From contig JAHITU010000001.1 in assembly GCA_018817595.1 (NCBI GenBank), forward strand, positions 32,109 to 96,108: a stretch of DNA of 64,000 nt, given 5' to 3'. The DNA comes from Patescibacteria group bacterium. Its GTDB lineage: Bacteria; Patescibacteriota; Minisyncoccia; Phycocordibacterales; UBA12079. Numbering within the stretch: position 1 is the stretch's first letter; each line of letters begins with the position of its first letter. The position numbers were made by a program, and so were the translations under genes. The notes beneath the pieces were generated by a model. That model worked only from the letters and a program-made list of their open reading frames with translations, was not told the origin of the DNA and ran no database searches. This document shows positions 1-10,387 of the stretch, piece after piece.

Positions 1-89
1 GCTTGCCCCCAAAAACCAACATCTAAAATATTATCATTTTCAGAAACTAAATCTTTTATTAATTCTTTTTTAGATTTATAAATATTCAT
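1..89 (-). CDS. Partial CDS (N-terminus only, runs off the left edge); putative SAM-dependent methyltransferase
   Basis: Reverse complement of 1-89 reads ATG(87-89) MNIYKSKKELIKDLVSENDNILDVGFWGQ. The DVGFWG stretch resembles MTase motif I. Truncated by the window edge. Confidence 0.3.
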   Translation of the reverse strand, partial: MNIYKSKKELIKDLVSENDNILDVGFWGQ

Positions 90-97
90 ATTTTCTT

Positions 98-760
98 CTA
101 TTTTTTAAACCAGTGATAAATTTCTCTTAAAATATTAATAACTAAAAATCCTATAAAAACAAAAGGTTTCCAAAACCAAAAAACACATTTACTGAACAAA
201 ATTTTGATAAAATTTACTTCTTCATTTTTCCCTCGCCATAAATAGGGACCAATAAAAAGTGAGTCTGGATAATTTTTTAAAACACAGTGATAATATTTCC
301 TCTGAGCATCATGAAGAAAAACCACTCCATTTGGTTCTAATAATTCCTTGGATTCTAATAAACATCTTCTTCTTTTTCTACCATCAACTAATATAAAATC
401 AAATTTTTTATTTAATGTTTTTGGGTAATTTACATATTCAGTCATTTCTATATTCTTTTGTCTTAAATTATTATTTCCAACATCAAAAAGAACTACCTTT
501 GTATTATTAAGACCTTTTGCGAAATTTATAACCTTTTCATACCATTTTCTATTGTATTCAATACTTAACCAACTATAATCTATATTATTATCTATAAGAA
601 ATTTTGAAAAATAAACGGTACTGCCCCCACTCCCCCATTCTAAAATATTTATTTTTTTATTTTGATTACCTAATAAAAGTAATTGTTTTTCAATTACTTT
701 TATTTCACCTTTTTTCATAAATGGTTTTATTTCTTCCTTCATATTATTTTTTATACCCAA
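98..760 (-). CDS. Putative class I SAM-dependent methyltransferase
   Basis: 220 aa. LEWGSGGSTVYF is a glycine-rich motif-I-like stretch and FILVDGRKRR...VVFLHD resembles an O-MTase layout. Family not identified. Confidence 0.45.
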   Translation of the reverse strand: MGIKNNMKEEIKPFMKKGEIKVIEKQLLLLGNQNKKINILEWGSGGSTVYFSKFLIDNNIDYSWLSIEYNRKWYEKVINFAKGLNNTKVVLFDVGNNNLRQKNIEMTEYVNYPKTLNKKFDFILVDGRKRRRCLLESKELLEPNGVVFLHDAQRKYYHCVLKNYPDSLFIGPYLWRGKNEEVNFIKILFSKCVFWFWKPFVFIGFLVINILREIYHWFKK

Positions 761-1638
761 GCGAATATTTTTTGCTTAGTTTTTTTAATATTATATTCTG
801 GAACATAATCCAAAATTAATTTTTCTATAACTTCAGGATCGTCGGGAAGATGATATATACAGATAGACAAATTAGGTTTAAATCTTTTAATTGTTTTTTC
901 AGCCCCTTTAATCAAATTTCTTTCCATCCCTTCAATATCAGCTTTAATAAAATCAATTTTTTCCAAATCATTGTCTTCAACAAAATTATCTAAAGTAATT
1001 TGCTTAACTTTCTCAATCTTATTTTTTCCTTCCCTTAAAACATTAGAACTACAACCTAAAATATCTTCATTAATGGCAAAGTTTAATTCACTTTCTTTAT
1101 CTCCTAATGCATTTTCTATAACTTTAATATTCAAAAGATTATTGTAACTTATATTTTTGTTAAGAATCTCAGATGTTTTTTTTACTGGTTCAAAAGCAAA
1201 AACTTTACCATTGGTTCCTATCTTTTCTCCTGCTAAAATAGCAAAAAATCCTAAATTAGAACCAGCATCAATAACAATATCCCCTATTTTTAACTTTACA
1301 CCACCCTCTTCATAAGGTCCTTCTAATCGAAAAGCACTATTATTAATAAAGTTATTATAAATATATTTGTTATTTGAAAGAAAAATTCCCATAAAATCAG
1401 CAATAGGAACATGCTTTCCACAATAAAATCTTAAATCTTTATATTCAATAAAATCTTCATTTTTCTTATGTTTTATAATACCTTTATTAATAAGCAAATT
1501 TATTCTAAAATTCTTTTTTCTAGCAAATGGAAATATTGTATAAGCAACCACTTTCCAATCTTTATTAAGAGATTCAAACATTAAAAATTTAGTTCTCCAA
1601 TATATTTTTTTAAAAGTATCTTTTATTTTTTTTATCAT
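751..1638 (-). CDS. FkbM-family methyltransferase
   Basis: 295 aa. DAGSNLGFFAILAGEK...KVFAFEP matches the FkbM MTase signature (DxGANxG...FEP). Overlaps its neighbours by a few nt, typical of an operon. Confidence 0.65.
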   Translation of the reverse strand: MIKKIKDTFKKIYWRTKFLMFESLNKDWKVVAYTIFPFARKKNFRINLLINKGIIKHKKNEDFIEYKDLRFYCGKHVPIADFMGIFLSNNKYIYNNFINNSAFRLEGPYEEGGVKLKIGDIVIDAGSNLGFFAILAGEKIGTNGKVFAFEPVKKTSEILNKNISYNNLLNIKVIENALGDKESELNFAINEDILGCSSNVLREGKNKIEKVKQITLDNFVEDNDLEKIDFIKADIEGMERNLIKGAEKTIKRFKPNLSICIYHLPDDPEVIEKLILDYVPEYNIKKTKQKIFAWV

Positions 1639-2786
1639 ATTAATTTTTTGTATTCTTCTAAAATATTTTTTATTTCAAATTCCTTTGATCTTAGTTTAAT
1701 ATTTTTAGAATATTTTTCCCTTAATTCTGGTTTTTTATACAATTCTAAAATCATTTTAGCAATATTTTCAATATCTTGTTTAGCGACAAGAATACCATTT
1801 TTCGCATACTCTATATTACCTTTTTCTAATTGATTATCCAAATTAGAATTGGGGTCCAATAATTCTCTTGACCCAGAACCACAATCCGTAGCTATTATAG
1901 GTAACCCTAAAATTCCGGCTTCAATTAAAACATTAGAAAAACCTTCCCACAAAGAAGTTGAAATAAATATATCTGAATTAGCCATATAAAAATATGGATT
2001 TTGAACAAAACCTTCTAAGTAAACATCTTTCAAATTCGAATCTTGAATTTGTCTTTCTAAATTTTCTCTTTTTCCTCCTTCTCCTAAAATAATCAATTGA
2101 GCATCAATTTCTTTTTTTACTAAAGCAAAAGCTTTAATTAGGGTTGTAAAATCTTTCTGTGAACCTAATCTTCCAATTGCTAAAATTTTAAATTTATCAG
2201 GATATTCCCAAACTCCATTTTGAGATTTTTCTTTTATATCTTCAATAAATTTTGGATTATAAATTACTTTTATTTTATCTTTTGGTATTTTTGAAACAAT
2301 AATTAAGTCTCTTTTTACATTTTCTGAATTTGCGATAATTTTATCTGCTTTTGGATATAGTAACTTAATCAAAAAAGGAATTAATTTGTCTCTTTTGTTT
2401 TTATAATTTTTAAATAAGTCAGAAAAAGTCATTCCCACTCGGACAAAAACTTTAGTTTTTGTTCTTGAAATCATTTTGGCTAAAATTAAAATTAAATTAG
2501 CATGTTCTGAAGTCCCTAGAATAAATAAAGGTTTATTTTTTTTAAGATAGTTAATTATTGGGAAAATAGAAAAAAATATTCTAGAAACATTTAAATCAAT
2601 AATACTAATTCTAGAATCTATCGTTTCAAGCAAAGACCCTTTGCAAGTAAACAACAATAAATCTACTTGGAAACCATCCTCTGTAAAACCTCTAGCTAAA
2701 TCCAAAACCACTTTTTCTCCTCCCCCTCCGTATAGTCCAATTAAGAAAAAAGCTACTCTATTTTTATTTATCTCTTTTTGTTTCAT
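1635..2786 (-). CDS. Glycosyltransferase family 4 (GT-B, group 1)
   Basis: 383 aa. C-terminal ISTSLWEGFSNVLIEAGILGLPIIATDCGSGSRELL is the EX7E-type GT4 motif. Confidence 0.8.
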   Translation of the reverse strand: MKQKEINKNRVAFFLIGLYGGGGEKVVLDLARGFTEDGFQVDLLLFTCKGSLLETIDSRISIIDLNVSRIFFSIFPIINYLKKNKPLFILGTSEHANLILILAKMISRTKTKVFVRVGMTFSDLFKNYKNKRDKLIPFLIKLLYPKADKIIANSENVKRDLIIVSKIPKDKIKVIYNPKFIEDIKEKSQNGVWEYPDKFKILAIGRLGSQKDFTTLIKAFALVKKEIDAQLIILGEGGKRENLERQIQDSNLKDVYLEGFVQNPYFYMANSDIFISTSLWEGFSNVLIEAGILGLPIIATDCGSGSRELLDPNSNLDNQLEKGNIEYAKNGILVAKQDIENIAKMILELYKKPELREKYSKNIKLRSKEFEIKNILEEYKKLI

Positions 2787-3835
2787 TTTAGTAAATCTTT
2801 TAAAGATTCTTCAATTATACTTAAAGGAACTTTCTCTAAACATCTCAAAACCTTTCCTCTACATTTTTCTAAATGCTCTCTCCCCTCATGTATATTATGT
2901 TTACAACCTTTAACGGAATAAAGTGTTTTTGCATTTGAATTATAATAAGAAATCCAATTAGGTGTTGTTGCTGGATGAGTAATAACTAAAGATTTTTTTC
3001 CTAAAAAAGAAGCTATATGAGTTGTCCCTGTGTCCACTCCTATAAAAAAGATTGATTCGTCTATTATTGTGGATAATTCCGAAATCTTTTTATTTATCAT
3101 AGTCAAAACATCTTTATTAAAAACTGAAAGAACGTTTTTCAAAATATTTTCATCAAAAGAACCTCCTGTTAAAACAATTTTCAAAGTAGGATACAACTCT
3201 TTTATTTTCTTAATAATATCTATAATTTCTTTTTCTACTAAACTTCTCCCTAAAGAGGATCCTTGTGTATGAAAAACAATGTATTTATTTTTCTCCAAAT
3301 TGTTTTTTTCTAAAATACCTTTGTCTTTTGAATAATTAAAAGAGGGTTTTTCTTTTTTTATTTTAAATCCTAAGTTTTTTATAAACATTTTCAGAAATTC
3401 TGGATAAATGATTTTGGTATCATACTCAAATAGTTCTGAATAAATAAATTTATTTATTCTCCTCCTATCGTTAAAACCGATTAATTTAGAACCTCTAAAT
3501 AATGATATTTTTCTAGCTATTATTTTTATATATAAAGAAAGCTTACCTGGAGTTGGAGCAGTAATTACTAAATTTTTTGAAAAAGAAAACTTAATTAGAG
3601 TTACAATTCTCAATAATCCTATAAAGCTTTTACGATTAGCTAAAATAATATTTATATATGGATATTTTTCTAAAAATTGTATAAGTAATTTTTCATTTTT
3701 AGGAACAACAACAAACAATTTCAAAACAGGATCGTTTAAATGAATATTCTCTAGAAGAAAAATAGTCATCAAAAAATCACCAATAGAACCATTTTGAAAA
3801 AATATTAGATTTTTATATTTGTTTTTCATTATCAA
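2783..3835 (-). CDS. Glycosyltransferase family 9 (heptosyltransferase-like)
   Basis: 350 aa. GVDTGTTHIASFLGKKSLVI resembles the GT9 DSGPMHLAAA region, in a GT-B layout. Confidence 0.6.
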   Translation of the reverse strand: MIMKNKYKNLIFFQNGSIGDFLMTIFLLENIHLNDPVLKLFVVVPKNEKLLIQFLEKYPYINIILANRKSFIGLLRIVTLIKFSFSKNLVITAPTPGKLSLYIKIIARKISLFRGSKLIGFNDRRRINKFIYSELFEYDTKIIYPEFLKMFIKNLGFKIKKEKPSFNYSKDKGILEKNNLEKNKYIVFHTQGSSLGRSLVEKEIIDIIKKIKELYPTLKIVLTGGSFDENILKNVLSVFNKDVLTMINKKISELSTIIDESIFFIGVDTGTTHIASFLGKKSLVITHPATTPNWISYYNSNAKTLYSVKGCKHNIHEGREHLEKCRGKVLRCLEKVPLSIIEESLKDLLK

Positions 3836-4397
3836 TCTTTTGTTTACCGACCATGGCTACACAAACTATTTCTGAATTTTGAACTCTAAATAATTTTGGT
3901 AATATTCTTATAAAAATATTGTTATCTAACTCAACAAATTGATTATGGAATCTACAAGCAAAAGACAATTTTTCTAAAGTAAATTGAAGGCTTTCCCTAT
4001 CCCATAAAAAATAATGTTTCCCATGTTCTGGCAAATAAACCTTCGCCTCATTTTCATAGCCATACCGATTAGGAACAACAATTAAAATCTTTCCATAATC
4101 ATTTAACATTTGTTTAATCTTCTCTAAAAGACCAATCGGATCCTTGATATGTTCTAAAACGTGTTTTAAAATAACTAAATCAAATTTTTCCTTAGTCTGA
4201 AAATTTTCTATATCTCCTTCAAAAAACTCGACATTTTTATTAATGTTTTTTGGTCTAAGTCTATCAATTGCAACGATTTTATCTAATTTTACCGAATTAG
4301 AAGATAACATGTTTATTATATTTCCATTACCACAACCGATTTCCATAACACGGTTTCCATCTTTTATATATTTTAAAATAATATTTTCAACTTTCAT
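3813..4397 (-). CDS. Class I SAM-dependent methyltransferase
   Basis: 194 aa. VMEIGCGNGNIINML is motif I, followed by a D/E acidic loop. Confidence 0.7.
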   Translation of the reverse strand: MKVENIILKYIKDGNRVMEIGCGNGNIINMLSSNSVKLDKIVAIDRLRPKNINKNVEFFEGDIENFQTKEKFDLVILKHVLEHIKDPIGLLEKIKQMLNDYGKILIVVPNRYGYENEAKVYLPEHGKHYFLWDRESLQFTLEKLSFACRFHNQFVELDNNIFIRILPKLFRVQNSEIVCVAMVGKQKIDNEKQI

Positions 4398-4401
4398 TTT
4401 T

Positions 4402-5451
4402 TTATTTAATTAAGTTTAATAATTGTTTTTTCATATTTGTCATCATTCTTTTAGAATTTAATTTGTTTTCTATAATCTGCCTTCCTTCGTAAGATAAATT
4501 TTCATACAAATCTTTATTATTAATGAGACTATTAATTTTTTCTCTCAAATCCTTAGGATTTTCAGTTTGATAAATTATTAATTTATCTTTTAAATTGTAA
4601 TCAATAATCCATTCTTTTAAATTAGTAACAACAGGCTTTCCACTAGCTAACGCTTCCAAAAGAACAGTTTGTCCAGAACAATCCGAACCGATTTTTTTAC
4701 TAGCCTTTGAAGGAACAACAATAATTTGTGCATTACTATAATAACTTCTTAACCTAATTTTATCCACACTATCTATTATTACTAGGTTCTTAGGAAAGTT
4801 TTTAATGTTTTTTAAATTTCTTTGCGGAGAAATTATAATAACTTTTTTATTTATCAAAGAAATAGCTTCAACCAAGGTTTTGAAGTCTCTACCAGCATCA
4901 AGTCCGACCGATAAAATATAACCTTGATGCAAATTATTTTTTTGATAAAAATCATTATCTACACCAAATTTAACCACTTTCATTTTACTGATTTTTAAAT
5001 TATTAGAAATCAAAAATCTCTCTTGAAAATTTGACAAATTAATAATAAAATCAGCGGATTTTATTATTTTCTTCCAAATAAAAAGTTTAACTTTATTACT
5101 TTTTGATAAAAGAGTGACTAAATTAATATTAAAAATTACCCATTTATTTTTACTTTTAAAAAAGAACCTTAAAAATAAAAGATCTAAATATTGATGTAAA
5201 ATAACGATATCATATTTTTCTAGATTTTTAATTAATTTTATCTTCTTATAGATTTTTAAAAAAAAGTTTCCCTGATAATATTCTCTTATATTTAAAAAAC
5301 AAAAATCAATCTCTGGATCATTCATCAAAAAGTTAAAACCATACAAAGAATTGCTTGGAGCCTCTCCTTTTTTCCATAAATCTAAGTATCTATTTTTGCC
5401 AGAAGCTAAATAAACAATTTTTATTGTTTTATTTTTCATTAATAATATCAA
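4402..5451 (-). CDS. Glycosyltransferase (GT4-like)
   Basis: 349 aa. The C-terminal GSDCSGQTVLLEALASGKPVV stretch is typical of GT-B group-1. Confidence 0.55.
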   Translation of the reverse strand: MILLMKNKTIKIVYLASGKNRYLDLWKKGEAPSNSLYGFNFLMNDPEIDFCFLNIREYYQGNFFLKIYKKIKLIKNLEKYDIVILHQYLDLLFLRFFFKSKNKWVIFNINLVTLLSKSNKVKLFIWKKIIKSADFIINLSNFQERFLISNNLKISKMKVVKFGVDNDFYQKNNLHQGYILSVGLDAGRDFKTLVEAISLINKKVIIISPQRNLKNIKNFPKNLVIIDSVDKIRLRSYYSNAQIIVVPSKASKKIGSDCSGQTVLLEALASGKPVVTNLKEWIIDYNLKDKLIIYQTENPKDLREKINSLINNKDLYENLSYEGRQIIENKLNSKRMMTNMKKQLLNLIK

Positions 5452-6472
5452 TCAGCTTTTCCCCTAAAATTTTAGGAGTACAGTTCTGAGTTAATTTATT
5501 ATACCCATTTTGAGATAAATTACCTCTCAAAATTGAATTTCCTTTTAATTCCAATATTGCCTTTGATAATTCTTCGGGATTTGCTCTAGGAATTAAATAT
5601 AAATCATTTTCATTAAACAATTCTTTTATAGCAGGAGTATCCGCAGTAATAACTGGTTTTCTACAAGCTATACATTCATAAACCTTATTCGGAATTACTT
5701 TTTGAGTCTTACCAGTATTCCCAAAAATACCTAAACAGATATCTGATTGGTTAATAAAATCACAAAGTTTTTCATAAGGAACATTTTCTTTAAAATTTAT
5801 ATTTTTTAAATCATAATTTCCATATTGTTTTTTAACACTAGAACCTATTATATTAAATTGAATATCTTTTTGCTTTTCCAAGATTTTTGCTGATTCTAAA
5901 ATATATTCAATCCCTTGTAGTGGAATATTTGTCCCATGAAAATGAACTACGAATTTATTACTTTCTTTTTTTTCTCTTGGATTAAAAATAGAAATATCTG
6001 TCCCGACAAAAAGTCTATAAAATTTTTCTCTTTTAATATTAAATTTTCTAACAAAATATTTTATGTTTTCGTTTGTATCTAATAAAATTTTGTTTGCAAA
6101 TTTACATGACAACCAATCTAGAAAACAATAATATTTAGCTTTCAAAGTTCCTTTTTTAGTGGTTTTTCTATCAAATACTTCAGATTCATAAATAGGAGCA
6201 AATAAATCAAAAACAATCTTTTTTCTAGTTAAAAAACGAGCAAGGATCATAGTTTGAAAACCTGGAAAAGCTACAAACAAAACATCATAGTGTTTTCTAA
6301 TTTCCCAATGTTTTTTGATTAAATCTAAGTATTTAAATAAACCATTTTTATCAGAACGACATTCTAATATTTTTACGCCATTTTGTTTTAAACCATTAAT
6401 TAAAACACAATTTCTTGCATATTCATGATTATAAATCCCAAAAAAACAAATTGTTAATTTTTTTTCTTCCAT
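5429..6472 (-). CDS. Glycosyltransferase family 4
   Basis: 347 aa with a GT-B C-terminal domain (ECIACRKPVITADTPAIKELF). Confidence 0.65.
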   Translation of the reverse strand: MEEKKLTICFFGIYNHEYARNCVLINGLKQNGVKILECRSDKNGLFKYLDLIKKHWEIRKHYDVLFVAFPGFQTMILARFLTRKKIVFDLFAPIYESEVFDRKTTKKGTLKAKYYCFLDWLSCKFANKILLDTNENIKYFVRKFNIKREKFYRLFVGTDISIFNPREKKESNKFVVHFHGTNIPLQGIEYILESAKILEKQKDIQFNIIGSSVKKQYGNYDLKNINFKENVPYEKLCDFINQSDICLGIFGNTGKTQKVIPNKVYECIACRKPVITADTPAIKELFNENDLYLIPRANPEELSKAILELKGNSILRGNLSQNGYNKLTQNCTPKILGEKLIDIINEK

Positions 6473-7557
6473 TATATTTTTTGATAAAGTCTTATTATTT
6501 TTTTTATCAAATTTTCTAAATTATGGTCATTCACAACAATATTTCTTAATCTTTTTCCTATTTTTATTTTATCTTCCTCAGATAATCTTATAATATTTTC
6601 TATTTTATTACTTAAATCATTAACACTCTTTGGTTTAAAAAATAATTTTTCTGAATATTCAGCAAAAACATTTTTAGAAGAATCATTTGATGATAAAACT
6701 AGTAAACCACACGACATTGCTTCTAAAATTGCCTTATCCAATGACCCTGTTTGACTTGTATTTACAAATAAATCGGCTCTATGCAAATAATCGACTATTT
6801 CTTTGTTTGGAACAGAACCTATAAAACTAATATTATTTTCTAAACCATAATCTTTGACTTTTTGTTTTAAATTTTCTAAATATTTTTTTTGGTCTGGTTT
6901 TCCTACGCCACCAATGATATCCAATTTAATTTTTAAACCTTTTTCTCTTAAAAATTTAATCGAGTTAATTAAGGTATCGTAATCCTTAATCGGTGAAATT
7001 CTTCCAATGGTAATTATACTAAAAATATCTTTTTTTAGGTTATCTTCTTTTTTATTAAATCTATTTACATCTATTCCATGACCAGTAATATTCAATTTTT
7101 TAGTTTCTAGACGAAATGATTCAGAAGTGGCTGAAAATATAATATGGGTTAATTTTTCTGCTAATCTCAGCTTTAAATCTACGGATTTATGCATATACCA
7201 TAAACCAATTTTTTTACCCCATAATCGCCACAAAAATCCTCCTAGAACGACGTATTCGGGATTCATGTGAACAAACACATTGTCGTAATTGTTTCTTTCT
7301 TGCCAGATGTATTTATAGAAGTTTGCTATGTATTCTTGTTTACTGGACTGCTTCGCTATGGCTCGCAGAGACGAAGTGTTTTTATCTTTACCCAAAGATA
7401 AAACCTTAACATTACGAGGTAAATCATGTTCACCCACACCTAAGGCAATCACTGTGATTTTCTCACAATGTTTAGCGAATTCAGCAATCCACCCATGGAA
7501 AAATCCGAGGATATCATCATTTTTATCTACTTTTTGTGTGAGTATTAATAATTTCAT
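6472..7557 (-). CDS. Glycosyltransferase family 4
   Basis: 361 aa. TSQTGSLDKAILEAMSCGLLVLSSN is the GT4 motif. It contains an in-frame copy of an intergenic repeat at 7343-7403 (see findings). Confidence 0.75.
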   Translation of the reverse strand: MKLLILTQKVDKNDDILGFFHGWIAEFAKHCEKITVIALGVGEHDLPRNVKVLSLGKDKNTSSLRAIAKQSSKQEYIANFYKYIWQERNNYDNVFVHMNPEYVVLGGFLWRLWGKKIGLWYMHKSVDLKLRLAEKLTHIIFSATSESFRLETKKLNITGHGIDVNRFNKKEDNLKKDIFSIITIGRISPIKDYDTLINSIKFLREKGLKIKLDIIGGVGKPDQKKYLENLKQKVKDYGLENNISFIGSVPNKEIVDYLHRADLFVNTSQTGSLDKAILEAMSCGLLVLSSNDSSKNVFAEYSEKLFFKPKSVNDLSNKIENIIRLSEEDKIKIGKRLRNIVVNDHNLENLIKKIIRLYQKI

Positions 7558-7663
7558 ATTAATTAAATTAATTTAAACTTGCTTTTTTTTTATCTCTTGT
7601 TATTATTAAAGTATAGATGGCCCTTAGGGCTCGCCTGCCTCAGGCAGGAGAAAGAAAAAACCG

Positions 7664-8053
7664 TTAAAGAGAGTTCGCTTTCTTGACGGCTTTTTTAATT
7701 TCTTCAAATATATTTCTACCAACAAATCCTACCTTATTTACTAAACGAAGACTATCTATATTTTTTAATTGAGACAAAATAGCAATAGCTTCTTTTCCAT
7801 CAACACTACCAATTGGACAATAATATCTACCTAATTTTATTTTACTAGTTAAAGGTATTGCTAAAAAAGAATATTTATTATATTTTTTCAAAATTAAGAC
7901 TGGGCGTGTAAAATCTTCGCTTTTACCATCCGTTTCATACCCAATATTAATACCAAGTTTGACCCACCATATTTCACCATCACGAAAATACAATCTATCT
8001 TTTTGTTCATTTATTTCTTTTTTCTTTTCATTCCAAATATCAAAATTTTTCAT
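7664..8053 (-). CDS. PemK/MazF-family endoribonuclease toxin-like protein
   Basis: 129 aa. RDGEIWWVKLG...TRPVLILKK...LAIPLTS follows the MazF/PemK fold signature (RPxLIL, IPLT). No antitoxin ORF is adjacent. Confidence 0.55.
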   Translation of the reverse strand: MKNFDIWNEKKKEINEQKDRLYFRDGEIWWVKLGINIGYETDGKSEDFTRPVLILKKYNKYSFLAIPLTSKIKLGRYYCPIGSVDGKEAIAILSQLKNIDSLRLVNKVGFVGRNIFEEIKKAVKKANSL

Positions 8054-8110
8054 ACGTACAAAATATTACACTAATTTATTCTTTTTATATAATTTAAGAC
8101 TTACTAGACT

Positions 8111-9271
8111 TTAAACTTTGTAGACTTTTGACTCTTTTATTGTTTTTAACCAAGCATCTTTCATCATATTTAGCGACTCATTTTTTGTTTGAGGGACTTT
8201 TCTTAAAAAGTCATTATAAGCCTTTTCTTTCAATTCTTCTAACAATTCTGGATGTTGTTGTGCGTTTATTAAACTTTGAGTTAAACACTTCCCATCTCCG
8301 ACATCACACAACAGAGCATTATTTCCACTCAAAATTTCCCCTACAATCCCTACATTAGTGGTCAAAATAGGACAATGAGAAAGAATGGCTTCAACTAAAG
8401 AAAGTCCATAACCCTCATAATTGGATGTAGATAAAAACAAATCAGCTGTTTTATAATAGGAAATAGGATCGTCAGTCCAACTGTTAAAAATAATATTTTG
8501 CTCTAATCCTTTTCTTCGAGCTAATTTTCTTAATGAATTCCTTTTTGAACCAGACCCCACTATTACTAAACCAGTTTTAGGAAAGACTCTAACGACTTCC
8601 TTCATAGCCGAAATAGCCAAAGCAATATTTTTCTCTTCTTCCAAACGACTCATCATTAAAATAATAAATTTAAATTGGGGATATTTTTCTTTTAAGAAAA
8701 AGCTGGGGGTGATAACCTGAACCAAAGCAGTGCTAGAAAAAATAGGAATAACTGTTATAAATTTATTTTGTATTTCAAGGGGTAAAGAATTTTTTATCCT
8801 TTTAGAAACTACTCTAATATGATCGGCTTTGTTTAACAGAAACCTAGCTATCATTGTTCTAATACGATTCGCAAAAGAATGTTTTATAAAATATTTATTA
8901 AATAAATCTGTATGAATTTGCAACTCTAATTTAGTTTTTAATTTTTGAGAGATTAACCATGCAATAACTCCTGTTTCATATGCATCTTGTGCTGTGACTA
9001 AATCAATTTTAGTTTCATTTTCCTTAATTAGAGAATTTATTTTTAAAGCTACTTTTATAGCATCTCTAATATAAAAAAAACTATTTCTGGAATTAGTTGG
9101 ATATAGATAAACATTTTCACCTATTTTTGTCTTTCTAAAAGGTTCATTTTCTTTATTTAAAATAATCACATCTAATCTATCAATTAAAGTACCATAATCA
9201 AAAAGCCTTTGTCTTACATCAGAATTTTCTTCAAATACTTTTCTGTCTATAGATATGGATAATATTCTCAT
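8111..9271 (-). CDS. Glycosyltransferase family 4
   Basis: 386 aa. STSNYEGYGLSLVEAILSHCPILTTNVGIVGEIL. Confidence 0.75.
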   Translation of the reverse strand: MRILSISIDRKVFEENSDVRQRLFDYGTLIDRLDVIILNKENEPFRKTKIGENVYLYPTNSRNSFFYIRDAIKVALKINSLIKENETKIDLVTAQDAYETGVIAWLISQKLKTKLELQIHTDLFNKYFIKHSFANRIRTMIARFLLNKADHIRVVSKRIKNSLPLEIQNKFITVIPIFSSTALVQVITPSFFLKEKYPQFKFIILMMSRLEEEKNIALAISAMKEVVRVFPKTGLVIVGSGSKRNSLRKLARRKGLEQNIIFNSWTDDPISYYKTADLFLSTSNYEGYGLSLVEAILSHCPILTTNVGIVGEILSGNNALLCDVGDGKCLTQSLINAQQHPELLEELKEKAYNDFLRKVPQTKNESLNMMKDAWLKTIKESKVYKV

Positions 9272-9289
9272 GAATCTAGTATATCAAAG

Positions 9290-10387
9290 TTATTGCTCTT
9301 TTAAAATTTTCTCTAAATTAGAAATAGTGTTTTCTATTGAAAACTTTTGGGATTTATTAAAAGCATTAATTACTATTTTATTTCTAAATTCATCATTTCT
9401 GATAATTTTATTCACAGCACTTATTATTTGTTTTTTGTTGTTTGGTTCAATCAAAATACCATCCATATCATTCTGAATTAATTCTGGCAAAGAACCAACA
9501 TTTGTAGCGATAACTGGTAATTTTAAATTCATTGCCTCTATAGTATCAAAAGAAAAAGATTCCCAATTGGTATTAAATACAAAAATATCAGAATTCTTTT
9601 TTAAATCTAGTAATTCATCTCTAGAAACTGGCCCTGTCAAAATAACATTCTCATCTAATCCAAGTCTTTCTATAATTTTTTCTAATTCTTCTTTTTGAGG
9701 ACCTCCTCCTACAATTTTTAATTTTAGATTCGGAATTTCTTTCAAAATATCTGGCATTGTTTCTATCAAAACATCAAAACCTTTCCAAGGCACTAACCGT
9801 CCCACAGACAATAAAACCTTACTTTCGACTTTATGAACTTTATGGACTTTTGACTCGTTTAGTTCAATCCCGTTATAGATTGGAATTATTTTATTTGAAT
9901 CAATTCCCCAATTAATAATTACTCTTTTAAAATAATGACTAGGCACTATTACTTTTTCAGCAGACCAAGCGACTGCTTTTTGAATCATCTTTAGAAATCC
10001 AACAGAAAAACCATATCCTTTTTCTTTTACTGAAAATACATCGAGATTATCCTTCACACCAAATCTTTGTACTCCCTGCTCCCATGCATAATCCCCCGCA
10101 ATTCTAATTAAAAATCTTTTTTTCAAGATTTTATTAGCCAACATAGTCGGCATGCCAACACTCACAGGATCCTGTGCATAAATAATATCTACTTTTCTAG
10201 CTCTTTTTAAAATTTTAAGGAAATAGACAAAGTGGCGAATTATCTTAGGCAAATTTCGTACTTCTCCAAATGATAAAATCTCTACCTCAATCCCTCTTTC
10301 GGGTAATTTGTCATATAATAATTTTGAATATGTAGCTGGTCCCCCAATATCAGGTGGATATATTCCTGTAGTAATTAATATTTTCAT
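9290..10387 (-). CDS. Glycosyltransferase family 4
   Basis: 365 aa. N-terminal MKILITTGIYPPDIGG and C-terminal NTNWESFSFDTIEAMNLKLPVIATNVGSLPELI. Confidence 0.8.
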   Translation of the reverse strand: MKILITTGIYPPDIGGPATYSKLLYDKLPERGIEVEILSFGEVRNLPKIIRHFVYFLKILKRARKVDIIYAQDPVSVGMPTMLANKILKKRFLIRIAGDYAWEQGVQRFGVKDNLDVFSVKEKGYGFSVGFLKMIQKAVAWSAEKVIVPSHYFKRVIINWGIDSNKIIPIYNGIELNESKVHKVHKVESKVLLSVGRLVPWKGFDVLIETMPDILKEIPNLKLKIVGGGPQKEELEKIIERLGLDENVILTGPVSRDELLDLKKNSDIFVFNTNWESFSFDTIEAMNLKLPVIATNVGSLPELIQNDMDGILIEPNNKKQIISAVNKIIRNDEFRNKIVINAFNKSQKFSIENTISNLEKILKEQ

